A stretch of DNA of 25,243 bases from a virus (taxonomy: Duplodnaviria > Caudoviricetes), in the IMG/VR virus record IMGVR_UViG_3300031951_001115, positions 1 to 25,243 of that record, one strand, 5' to 3'. Positions 1-6,450 of this stretch are shown here, piece by piece. The notes under the pieces were generated by a model, which was not told the DNA's origin, did not search any database, and saw nothing but the letters and a program-made list of their open reading frames with translations. The first letter of the stretch is position 1, and every line of letters begins with the position of its first letter. A program made the translations under genes and the position numbers.

Positions 1-16
1 TGTTGGCATTGGTATA

Positions 17-39
17 AGAGTAATGCCAGCCACCGACAA
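17..39 (-). promoter_or_regulatory. PafBC/RecA-NDp-type promoter motif for a leftward gene beyond the window edge
   Basis: Minus strand reads TTGTCGGTG-GCTGGCAT-TACTCT, an exact fit to the mycobacterial RecA-NDp consensus tTGTCRgtg-N8-TAnnnT. Confidence 0.6.
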
Positions 40-60
40 ACTCCGGCATTTGATAGATAC

Positions 61-70
61 CGGCGTGTCG
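61..70. repeat. CGACACGCCG box, inverted copy
   Basis: CGGCGTGTCG is the exact reverse complement of the 10-mer at 1194-1203, 1891-1900 and 2944-2953. Confidence 0.8.
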
Positions 71-107
71 CAACTCTCTTTTCCCTATTCCCTTTAGGGA
101 TAGAGCA

Positions 108-136
108 GGGTGGGTGGGCTGCTCAACACAAACATT
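108..136 (+). repeat. G-tract + CAACACAAACATT intergenic repeat, copy 1
   Basis: GGGTGGGTGGG (108-118) then CAACACAAACATT (124-136); repeated at 1270-1296 and 1971-1995. Confidence 0.9.
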
Positions 137-172
137 TTGCGATCCGCGGCCGCGCTCGCAGCTGTAAACAGA

Positions 173-206
173 TCGAGCTCCCGATCCGCGGGGACCGAGA
201 GCTCGA
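173..206 (-). terminator. Intrinsic terminator-like hairpin downstream of ardC
   Basis: Minus strand TCGAGCTCTCGGTCC-CCGC-GGATCGGGAGCTCGA (15-bp stem with two G-U pairs) followed by TCTGTTT. Confidence 0.65.
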
Positions 207-227
207 CTGTCTTCTGATAGGGGAAGC

Positions 228-1121
228 TTATGCGCTGACCTCTTCTGAGATCTTGGCGCTTTCTTCTTTACGGTTGATCCCTTGGATGTAATCCGCAGCT
301 CGCTGAGCTTTACCGCTGGCGCTGATGATCAGTGATGGATCATTCTTTAAAGCTTTCAACCATCCGGCGAGGTACGATGCCGAATTCTGCATGTCGTAAT
401 TAATACCGTTAGAGCTGAGGAGAATCTGCGCTCCGATATCTGCGACGAGCTCTTCTCGTGCGTAGTTAGCATCGCCAAATCGTGCCGGCTTATCATCTTC
501 GCTAAACCGGTCTAAGCGTGATTGGTGCCCGGTTGAATGAATCATCTCATGGCATAGAGTGTAAGCGTGACTCTCTGCATCATCGAATGCGGCCAATGGT
601 GGCAAGGTGATCGAATCGGTTAGCGTGTTATAAAACGCGGCGCCTTGTTCCTTATAGTAAATCTCCGGCTTGTTAGCGTACCCGGACACGATGGAATTTA
701 AAGCTGGCAAGGTGTCGACCGGCTCGCGCTTGATGTCATAAATGGCCGGGATGGTAATCCCGTCGCATTGCTCAACGTTGAACACGCTATAGAATTTCAT
801 AAATGCACCCTTAGAGACCGGCTTGCCATCCTCGCCGGGCTTGATGATGCGTGACCAATACACGACGGGCAGACTCTTCTCACCCTTGCGGACGTTACCG
901 CCTAGGGCTTGCGCTTGCTTATAGGTAACCCATAGTGAGCGCTTATATTGTGCGCCACATATTGCTAGCACTAGGGCATTGATACCCGAATATTCTTTAT
1001 TGCTGGTTAAGCTCATTGGCATATAGCCGCTTGAATTCCATGGTTTATGCCATGGCGCGATACCATTCTCCAATTGTTCAATTACTAGGGCGTTAATTCG
1101 CTCCACTAGTTCCTTGTTCAT
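228..1121 (-). CDS. ardC: ArdC-family antirestriction protein (ssDNA-binding ArdC-N/DUF1738 + zincin-like metallopeptidase domain)
   Basis: N-terminal PWHKPW...YSGIN...WVTYKQAQALGGNVRKGEKS...VFNVEQ is the ArdC-N signature. The C-terminal half has HEMIHSTGH (HExxH), YAREELVA and SASYLAGWLKAL. Start moved to ATG 1121 because of the AGGGGA RBS. Confidence 0.9.
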   Translation of the reverse strand: MNKELVERINALVIEQLENGIAPWHKPWNSSGYMPMSLTSNKEYSGINALVLAICGAQYKRSLWVTYKQAQALGGNVRKGEKSLPVVYWSRIIKPGEDGKPVSKGAFMKFYSVFNVEQCDGITIPAIYDIKREPVDTLPALNSIVSGYANKPEIYYKEQGAAFYNTLTDSITLPPLAAFDDAESHAYTLCHEMIHSTGHQSRLDRFSEDDKPARFGDANYAREELVADIGAQILLSSNGINYDMQNSASYLAGWLKALKNDPSLIISASGKAQRAADYIQGINRKEESAKISEEVSA

Positions 1122-1162
1122 GTTATCCCCTATCATAGGTGCGCCTTGTTGCGCTAGGTAGA

Positions 1163-1226
1163 AAATTACCGCATATGAAGATATTCACCAACACGACACG
1201 CCGCGCATATATAACGATTTGATAAC
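1163..1226 (-). promoter_or_regulatory. Composite early promoter 1
   Basis: Minus strand GTTATCAAATCGTTAT-N7-CGGCGTGTCG-N2-TTGGTG-N17-TAATTT upstream of ardC. Confidence 0.7.
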
Positions 1227-1269
1227 AATCTCTCTCACAACAACTCCCTTACGAAGTAAGTCAGAGACA

Positions 1270-1296
1270 GGGTGGGCGGGTCTCAACACAAACATT
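1270..1296 (+). repeat. G-tract + CAACACAAACATT intergenic repeat, copy 2
   Basis: GGGTGGGCGGG-TCT-CAACACAAACATT. Confidence 0.9.
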
Positions 1297-1309
1297 TTGG
1301 CAAGCGAAA

Positions 1310-1339
1310 CGCCCGCCCCCGGGGAAGTGGGAGCGGGCG
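1310..1339 (-). terminator. Intrinsic terminator hairpin
   Basis: Minus strand CGCCCGCTCCC-N8-GGGGGCGGGCG followed by TTTCGC, just after the stop of 1353..1622. Confidence 0.65.
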
Positions 1340-1352
1340 CTGATCCGCTGGG

Positions 1353-1622
1353 CTACTTACCTATTGATTCAAGATAGAGAACCGCGTCGTAGATGGCGTC
1401 GGTATCTGATACCTCGGGCAATAGTCGCCATAGAGCATTGGCTATCGCTTGTGGTGTTTCATACTTTGGCATGTGCTTCCCCATATCTATTTCGTATGTT
1501 TCGCAATCCGAGCAGGTCTCGGAATTGTAATCCCGTTCATCATATTCATTGTCGCACCTATCGCATTTGACCCATATTGAGTCATCATAGAAGGCGGGGT
1601 CTGCCATTGGTGGATAACTCAT
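1353..1622 (-). CDS. Small Zn-ribbon-like hypothetical protein
   Basis: CDRC...CSDC pairs; ATGA overlap with the upstream gene and a GAGGGG RBS. Confidence 0.75.
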   Translation of the reverse strand: MSYPPMADPAFYDDSIWVKCDRCDNEYDERDYNSETCSDCETYEIDMGKHMPKYETPQAIANALWRLLPEVSDTDAIYDAVLYLESIGK

Positions 1623-1816
1623 TTCATCAACCCCTCATCTATGAAATCGCCACATGGATATTCAATGGCTACTGGTGGAAGGTAAGTAGTCCAACGCTCA
1701 CCCTCTGCGGTATTCAATCTCACTCTAAATGACCCTGTGCGATTTGGAACAATTTCCATAATCTGACCAACAACGCCACTCTTTTGAGTTGTGTATGTCT
1801 GACCTATTTCTAACAC
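1619..1816 (-). CDS. Hypothetical protein (small beta-rich, SH3/KOW-like pattern)
   Basis: GTG start with AGGGGA RBS directly below promoter 2; translationally coupled to the next gene. Confidence 0.75.
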   Translation of the reverse strand: MLEIGQTYTTQKSGVVGQIMEIVPNRTGSFRVRLNTAEGERWTTYLPPVAIEYPCGDFIDEGLMK

Positions 1817-1858
1817 TTGCTTCCCCTATCTACCAAACCAATTTGATTTGATGAGTTA

Positions 1859-1936
1859 ATAATAATCATGACCTCTGACAATACTCAAAACGACACGCCG
1901 TAGTTATATAACAATTTGATAACGAAGTTATCCACA
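1859..1936 (-). promoter_or_regulatory. Composite early promoter 2 with DnaA box and PafBC-like motif
   Basis: TTATCCACA (1928-1936, perfect DnaA box). Minus strand GTTATCAAATTGTTAT-N7-CGGCGTGTCG-N2-TTGAGT-N18-TATTAT, with TTGTCAGAG-N8-TATTAT nested in it. Confidence 0.7.
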
Positions 1937-1970
1937 ACTCTCTTATATATATATTCCCTTGAAAAGAATG

Positions 1971-1995
1971 GGGAGGGCGGGCCAACACAAACATT
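1971..1995 (+). repeat. G-tract + CAACACAAACATT intergenic repeat, copy 3
   Basis: GGGAGGGCGGG-C-CAACACAAACATT. Confidence 0.9.
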
Positions 1996-2009
1996 CGCGG
2001 CGAGCAATG

Positions 2010-2037
2010 CGAAACCCCCGGCTCATCACCGGGGGCT
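2010..2037 (-). terminator. Intrinsic terminator hairpin
   Basis: CCCCCGG-CTCATCA-CCGGGGG; the minus strand continues TTTCGC; near-identical to the hairpin at 17851-17871. Confidence 0.7.
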
Positions 2038-2054
2038 CGCTCTTAGTTAGGGGA

Positions 2055-2204
2055 CTAAGCCTTGACTGTCTCCAGATATCTGGAGATCTCGTAGAAAGCT
2101 CTGGCACATCTGTGGCAGAACTTCTCTGTCACTCCGATTCCATACATAAGGGCGTCTGTCCCTGAGTAGACAACCTCATCGCTTTCGCAGATTAAGCATT
2201 TCAC
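2055..2204 (-). CDS. Small Zn-finger protein (49 aa, not in ORF track)
   Basis: Hand translation MKCLICESDEVVYSGTDALMYGIGVTEKFCHRCARAFYEISRYLETVKA; two CxxC pairs; GGAGG RBS; GTGA overlap with the upstream ORF. Confidence 0.75.
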   Translation of the reverse strand: MKCLICESDEVVYSGTDALMYGIGVTEKFCHRCARAFYEISRYLETVKA

Positions 2205-2356
2205 TTGACTGCCTCCAATGCTAGATACTCAACGCAGATGCGGATTGCATCATCTGGTCCTGTGCAGTTGTTAATCTCTGACTCAAATCGAGCCGTGGTC
2301 TCTGAGTCGTTGCGGAACTTCTCATAAACCTTTGCCATAAATAATCTTGGATCCAT
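2201..2356 (-). CDS. Hypothetical protein (51 aa, not in ORF track)
   Basis: MDPRLFMAKVYEKFRNDSETTARFESEINNCTGPDDAIRICVEYLALEAVK; AAGGGA RBS; coupled to 2055..2204. Confidence 0.7.
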   Translation of the reverse strand: MDPRLFMAKVYEKFRNDSETTARFESEINNCTGPDDAIRICVEYLALEAVK

Positions 2357-2465
2357 CTTTATTCCCTTTCCCACTTGATTAAATCACATGAACGACCATC
2401 GGGTGTCTGTTGGCAATTGCCATAGACTGGATTGTAGAAGGCGTGGAGATACATAACTCCGAGGA

Positions 2466-2493
2466 GTAGGAGCGCCCCGAGGAGCGCCCCTAC
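2466..2493 (-). terminator. Hairpin after gene 2507..2866
   Basis: Minus strand GTAGGGGCGCTC-CTCG-GGGCGCTCCTAC (12-bp stem); weak U-tract. Confidence 0.5.
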
Positions 2494-2506
2494 CTTTTCG
2501 ACGATG

Positions 2507-2866
2507 TTAAGCACTGACTGATTCCTTGTAGTTGGCTACGCGGTCGTAGTCAGCCATGAGGTTTTTAGCCATGCGGGTGAGCCACTTGGTCTTGGACTCG
2601 GTGTTGCCGTTGGTGTGGAGACCGATACGGCGCTTGATGTCTGCGACTGTGTAGAAGTAGTCGTTTCCATCGACGTAGACGAAGGAGCCGATAGCACCCT
2701 CGAGGATTTTAATACGAGCGTAGAACTCGTTGGCATTGGTGTCGGTAATCTGATTCATACCGATTGACATAGTTGCGAAGATAAGTGCCTCGGTCTTAGA
2801 CCACTCGGCGCCTTCCTTCAATTCAGACCAGTTATTAACACTGGTCATATCCCACGTAAGTGGCAT
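2507..2866 (-). CDS. Hypothetical phage protein
   Basis: 119-aa ORF with AGGGGA RBS, preceded by promoter 3. Confidence 0.8.
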   Translation of the reverse strand: MPLTWDMTSVNNWSELKEGAEWSKTEALIFATMSIGMNQITDTNANEFYARIKILEGAIGSFVYVDGNDYFYTVADIKRRIGLHTNGNTESKTKWLTRMAKNLMADYDRVANYKESVSA

Positions 2867-2912
2867 TTTTATCCCCTAACGGATAGTGCCAGCGGTGTTG
2901 CTGACAGGAGTA

Positions 2913-2977
2913 ATAAAATCATAGTTCGTAAGCGTGGTCAATGCGACACGCCGTGCGCTTCATAACAATTTGATAAC
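2913..2977 (-). promoter_or_regulatory. Composite early promoter 3
   Basis: Minus strand GTTATCAAATTGTTAT-N8-CGGCGTGTCG-N2-TTGACC-N17-TTTTAT. Confidence 0.7.
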
Positions 2978-3079
2978 GAAACCCCCCCTAGGGGTTAAAT
3001 GTCGACAATTTCAAGAAAGCCACCAGGGAACCCGAACAGGTGATGCTGAATTTGCCGGGCAGTAGCCTAGAATGATCCT

Positions 3080-3169
3080 ATGTGTAAGAACTGCGGAGAC
3101 TGTACAGCTGAACACGGCGGTAGGACAATTGATGATGCCGTTGATGAAATTTTAGATTCGCCAGTTTAG
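3080..3169 (+). CDS. Tiny Cys/His-rich protein (29 aa), probably leaderless
   Basis: MCKNCGDCTAEHGGRTIDDAVDEILDSPV; TAGAAT (3068-3073) lies 6 nt before the ATG and there is no SD. Confidence 0.5.
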   Translation: MCKNCGDCTAEHGGRTIDDAVDEILDSPV

Positions 3170-3199
3170 GCAGTAGCCGGAAGCTGCGGTAGCCATACT
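3165..3199 (+). promoter_or_regulatory. Candidate late promoter (leaderless)
   Basis: TTTAGGCAGT-N19-CATACT-N6-ATG(3206). Confidence 0.5.
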
Positions 3200-3205
3200 A
3201 CCTCC

Positions 3206-3433
3206 ATGAGATACACAGTATGGCTATGGGATCAGATGGATGAAGATAGCCCAATAGGCCGGTTTGCCAAGATCTGCTACGACGATGTAAATAATGGCTG
3301 CGCTAATCCAAAGTTTTCAGCTGGTGAGTGGATCTCACATTTTGAACAAGTTCATCGCGATAACAAAGAGGAGCTTATTTCAAGGTTCTTTACAACATTC
3401 ACTGTGTATAACAAGTCTAACAAGGCTGAATGA
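3206..3433 (+). CDS. YozE/SAM-like small protein (tentative)
   Basis: WL..Q...DSPIGRFAK...D pattern recalls the YozE_SAM_like family; leaderless start. Confidence 0.6.
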   Translation: MRYTVWLWDQMDEDSPIGRFAKICYDDVNNGCANPKFSAGEWISHFEQVHRDNKEELISRFFTTFTVYNKSNKAE

Positions 3434-3446
3434 GAGACAATTGAAT

Positions 3447-3689
3447 ATGCCTAATAACAAACGCGGAGTTAGTGATCGGTCCGGAGATAAAAAGCGTGTT
3501 ATCGATCTAGAAACATTTCGTAAGACAAAAGAAATTACCGGTAAAGGTATCATTGTCTCAGCTAGAAAAGATTCTCCCGAACTAACTAAGCATGAAGATG
3601 AAGCTATGGCACTTGGTAACGAAGGTCGTAAAGGTCCTAAGTTAATTGCCGGTCCTGGTTGGATGGGAGAAAACGATGCCAAAAAGTGA
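3447..3689 (+). CDS. Hypothetical protein
   Basis: Start taken at ATG 3447 (MPNNKRG...), 5 nt after GACAAT; avoids the overlap with 3206..3433. Confidence 0.65.
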   Translation: MPNNKRGVSDRSGDKKRVIDLETFRKTKEITGKGIIVSARKDSPELTKHEDEAMALGNEGRKGPKLIAGPGWMGENDAKK

Positions 3690-3939
3690 AGCATGGACAC
3701 GCAAAGAAGGACAGAACCCTGAAGGCGGATTGAATGCTAAAGGTCGTGCATCGTTAAAAGCTAAGGGACAAAATATCAAGCCACCTGTTTCTAAAGAACA
3801 AGCTAAGAAGTCTCCTAAGTCTGCTGCACGTCGTAAGAGTTATTGTGCACGATCAGCTGGACAAGCAAAGATGTTTCCTAAAGCTGCAAAAGATCCAGAT
3901 AGCAGATTGAACAAAGCTCGTAGGAAGTGGGACTGCTAG
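3676..3939 (+). CDS. Conserved basic phage protein (DUF6321-like)
   Basis: AWTRKEGQNPEGGLNAKGRAS...RRKSYCARS...DPDSRLNKARRKWDC; GGGAG RBS before ATG 3676. Confidence 0.75.
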   Translation: MPKSEAWTRKEGQNPEGGLNAKGRASLKAKGQNIKPPVSKEQAKKSPKSAARRKSYCARSAGQAKMFPKAAKDPDSRLNKARRKWDC

Positions 3940-4097
3940 TGCTATGTGAGCATGTTCTTACAAATATTGGCAAAGAGATTTGTCCAGATTGTGGGAATGC
4001 TACACATGAAGTTGATTGGCAGCTTCAAGCAGAACTTTTAAAAGAATGGAAGGCAGCAAACCCAGATGCTAAGTACAACGGATGGTGGTCGATTTAA
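3939..4097 (+). CDS. Small Zn-binding protein (52 aa, not in ORF track)
   Basis: MLCEHVLTNIGKEICPDCGNATHEVDWQLQAELLKEWKAANPDAKYNGWWSI; CxH...CxxC; 1-nt overlaps with both neighbours (TAGTG, TAATG). Confidence 0.7.
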   Translation: MLCEHVLTNIGKEICPDCGNATHEVDWQLQAELLKEWKAANPDAKYNGWWSI

Positions 4098-4294
4098 TGT
4101 CTAAGACAATTAAAGTACAAGGTATCAAGCACACCGTTAAGAAGAACAAAAAGGGTGATGTAGTTGTTGACCACGAAGCCAAGGCAAAAGCCGGCAAGTA
4201 CGATAAAATTAATTTAACAAAAAAGGGCGGCTCTAAGACTGTTAAGCAGGGTGTTAAAGCTGTACGTAAATGGCATAAGGAGAACCCACACTAA
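4097..4294 (+). CDS. Small Lys-rich hypothetical protein
   Basis: MSKTIKVQGIKHTVKKNKKG...; TAATG coupling at both ends. Confidence 0.75.
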   Translation: MSKTIKVQGIKHTVKKNKKGDVVVDHEAKAKAGKYDKINLTKKGGSKTVKQGVKAVRKWHKENPH

Positions 4295-4761
4295 TGGCTA
4301 AAGACAAGATCACTAAGGTGACAACTCCAAAGGCACCTAAGAACAAGACTACTCGTGTAGACAACACTGAGTGGAAGGCGTCCTCCCCACTCTCTGGTTC
4401 AGGTCAATCTTGGTCTGAATGGGGCAAGAGCAATCCCAACCGAGAAGCAAACGCACAGTCCCGCAAGGCCGAGTTCCAAAAAGAACCTACAACCGCAACT
4501 AAAGCTAATACTCCACAGCGTGATGAGATGGTTGCTAAGTGGAAAGCTGCACGTCCTGTTACCGGCAAAGGTGGAGCTAAGTCTGACGCAGATAAAGAAA
4601 AGAAGCGTCAAGACATGATCTCTTGGGCTAAGTGGAATCCAAACAAGGGCACAAATGCTAACCGCGCTATCCGCGAAGAGAAAGCAAAGAAAGCTCCTAC
4701 ACCTCCACGTGCACCAAAAGCTAAGAAAGCTGCCGCACCAAAGCGTGGTAAGAAGAAGTGA
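4294..4761 (+). CDS. Lys/Ala-rich basic low-complexity protein
   Basis: AAGGAG RBS; repeated W..W.K.NPN motif; C-terminal KAPTPPRAPKAKKAAAPKRGKKK. Confidence 0.8.
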   Translation: MAKDKITKVTTPKAPKNKTTRVDNTEWKASSPLSGSGQSWSEWGKSNPNREANAQSRKAEFQKEPTTATKANTPQRDEMVAKWKAARPVTGKGGAKSDADKEKKRQDMISWAKWNPNKGTNANRAIREEKAKKAPTPPRAPKAKKAAAPKRGKKK

Positions 4762-4979
4762 AAGATCAAGCTTGGGGAGATAGCAAGCAGACCCGTGCAG
4801 GATTAGGTGGAGTTACACCAAAAAATTCTCTGAAGGCTCCGCGTAGCAGAGTCAATGAATTCAGATACGTGCACACTGGGCAGTTTGACGGTCCGAAACC
4901 AACCTATGGAAGATACAATGTTTCCGAACAATCAGCTGATATTGTCAACAGACAAAAGCGCAATATGGATATGAGGTAG
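4758..4979 (+). CDS. Hypothetical protein
   Basis: GTGA overlap with the upstream gene; fills the operon gap. Confidence 0.7.
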   Translation: MKDQAWGDSKQTRAGLGGVTPKNSLKAPRSRVNEFRYVHTGQFDGPKPTYGRYNVSEQSADIVNRQKRNMDMR

Positions 4980-4981
4980 CC

Positions 4982-6160
4982 ATGCCAGCACCATTAGTAC
5001 CAATAGCAATTGCCGCTGGTGGAGCTATTGCACGTGCTGTTGCAGGCGCCGCCGCTAAAGAAGTTGTTAAGAAAGCAGCACCCGTTGTTGCTAAACAAGT
5101 TGTAACTAAAGCAGCACCGAAAGCAGCTGACACTGCTGCAAAAGTACTTCCACGTACTACTGAATTTACAGTTGGTAAATCATCTGCATGGGATGATGCG
5201 TTTAATGCAGTTAAAACTGCACCTAAGACCGCACCTAAAACTGCACCTGCAACACCTAAAGTTGATCCATTAAAGCCAGGAACACCTGCACCTAAAATTG
5301 AACCATGGCAAAAGCCTGGTCCACAATTTCCAACTATTACTCTTCCTAAGACTGCACCTAAGACTGCGCCAGCTCCTGCTCCTAAACCAGCACCTGCGCC
5401 AAAGCCAACAACACCTGCGCCAAAGATCACACCAAAGCCAGCGCCTGCACCAAAGCCTTACACAGCACCACGTCCATCAACTCCTGCAACAAAGCCAGGA
5501 GATCTTCCAGGTGCACCAGGTTATCCAAAGGTAGCTCCTAAGACTCCTGTTAAACCAACTCCAGCTAAGCCTGCACCTAAGACGCCAACTAAGCCTGCGC
5601 CAAAGATTGAACCAAAGACTCCACCAAAGATTGAACCTAAAACTCCTACTAAGCCAGGAACTAAACCAACTGTTCCAGGTAAAGAACCATTCTTTGATCC
5701 AAAACCAGGTATTAAGCCAGGAATTAAACCAACTACAAAACCAGAAACAAAGCCAAGCACTAAGCCAGAAACAAAGCCAGAAACAAAACCAGAAACAAAA
5801 CCTTCTACAAAACCAGGTAAGAAGCCAGGAACAAAGCGTCCTATTCGAACTGCGCCTGGATTACCGGGAACAGGTAAGCCTGGCACAACTAAGCCTGGAA
5901 CAGATAAGCCTAAAACAGATCGTCCTAAGAGAGATAGAACTAAGCGTGAGGCTCGTAAACCAGATATAAAGATTCCTCCAGTTCTATTTCCAGAGCTAGG
6001 TCCTGTTGATGCACCAGTTGCTCAACCAGAGCCTCAGCTACAGCCAGTTCCATTTATCCCACCTATGCTTCCTGATGTAAAGAAGAAGACTGCCGCAGCT
6101 TTCATCCCAAAGAAAGCTCCGGAAGGTGAACCTTGGAACGCACCAAGTAGGGTGATCTAA
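4982..6160 (+). CDS. Pro/Lys/Thr-rich repetitive protein
   Basis: GAGG RBS; hydrophobic Ala-rich N-terminus; APKT/KPET/KPG repeats. Confidence 0.8.
   Translation: MPAPLVPIAIAAGGAIARAVAGAAAKEVVKKAAPVVAKQVVTKAAPKAADTAAKVLPRTTEFTVGKSSAWDDAFNAVKTAPKTAPKTAPATPKVDPLKPGTPAPKIEPWQKPGPQFPTITLPKTAPKTAPAPAPKPAPAPKPTTPAPKITPKPAPAPKPYTAPRPSTPATKPGDLPGAPGYPKVAPKTPVKPTPAKPAPKTPTKPAPKIEPKTPPKIEPKTPTKPGTKPTVPGKEPFFDPKPGIKPGIKPTTKPETKPSTKPETKPETKPETKPSTKPGKKPGTKRPIRTAPGLPGTGKPGTTKPGTDKPKTDRPKRDRTKREARKPDIKIPPVLFPELGPVDAPVAQPEPQLQPVPFIPPMLPDVKKKTAAAFIPKKAPEGEPWNAPSRVI
5738..5800 (+). repeat. 12-bp coding tandem repeat (AARCCAGAAACA; KPET/KPST)
   Basis: KPET-KPST-KPET-KPET-KPET in frame. Confidence 0.8.
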
Positions 6161-6450
6161 TGGCAGAAACAAAAAAGTTTGGTCCCTACAAAGGTTCCAA
6201 AGCGAATGGAGGTCGTCCTATCTACGTCTACAAGAAAAAGGTAGACGGTAAGTGGGTCACAACATCGAAAAATAAAGCCCGTGCCGACTATGAGGGAAAA
6301 AACGGGAAGCTTCCTCGAGACACAGATGTGGATCACAAGGATAATAATCATAGTAACGATTCCTCAAAGAATCTCCGCGCCTTAAAGCACGGAAAGAACA
6401 CCGCTAAAGAAAACAAGCGCCGTGCAGGCAAGAAGGAGAATGAAAAATGA
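6160..6450 (+). CDS. Small HNH endonuclease-like protein
   Basis: DVDHKDNNHSNDSSKNLRALKHGKN fits the HNH core pattern (DH.D....N....NL......N). Confidence 0.7.
   Translation: MAETKKFGPYKGSKANGGRPIYVYKKKVDGKWVTTSKNKARADYEGKNGKLPRDTDVDHKDNNHSNDSSKNLRALKHGKNTAKENKRRAGKKENEK

Noticed and set aside
1970-1977. GGGGAGGG as an FtsK KOPS site
   Set aside because: Single match; the homologous G-tracts in the other spacers do not fit GGGNAGGG.
108-2977. Interspersed repeats as a CRISPR array
   Set aside because: Copies are 700-1200 bp apart and separated by genes; no regular 30-40-nt spacers and no cas genes.
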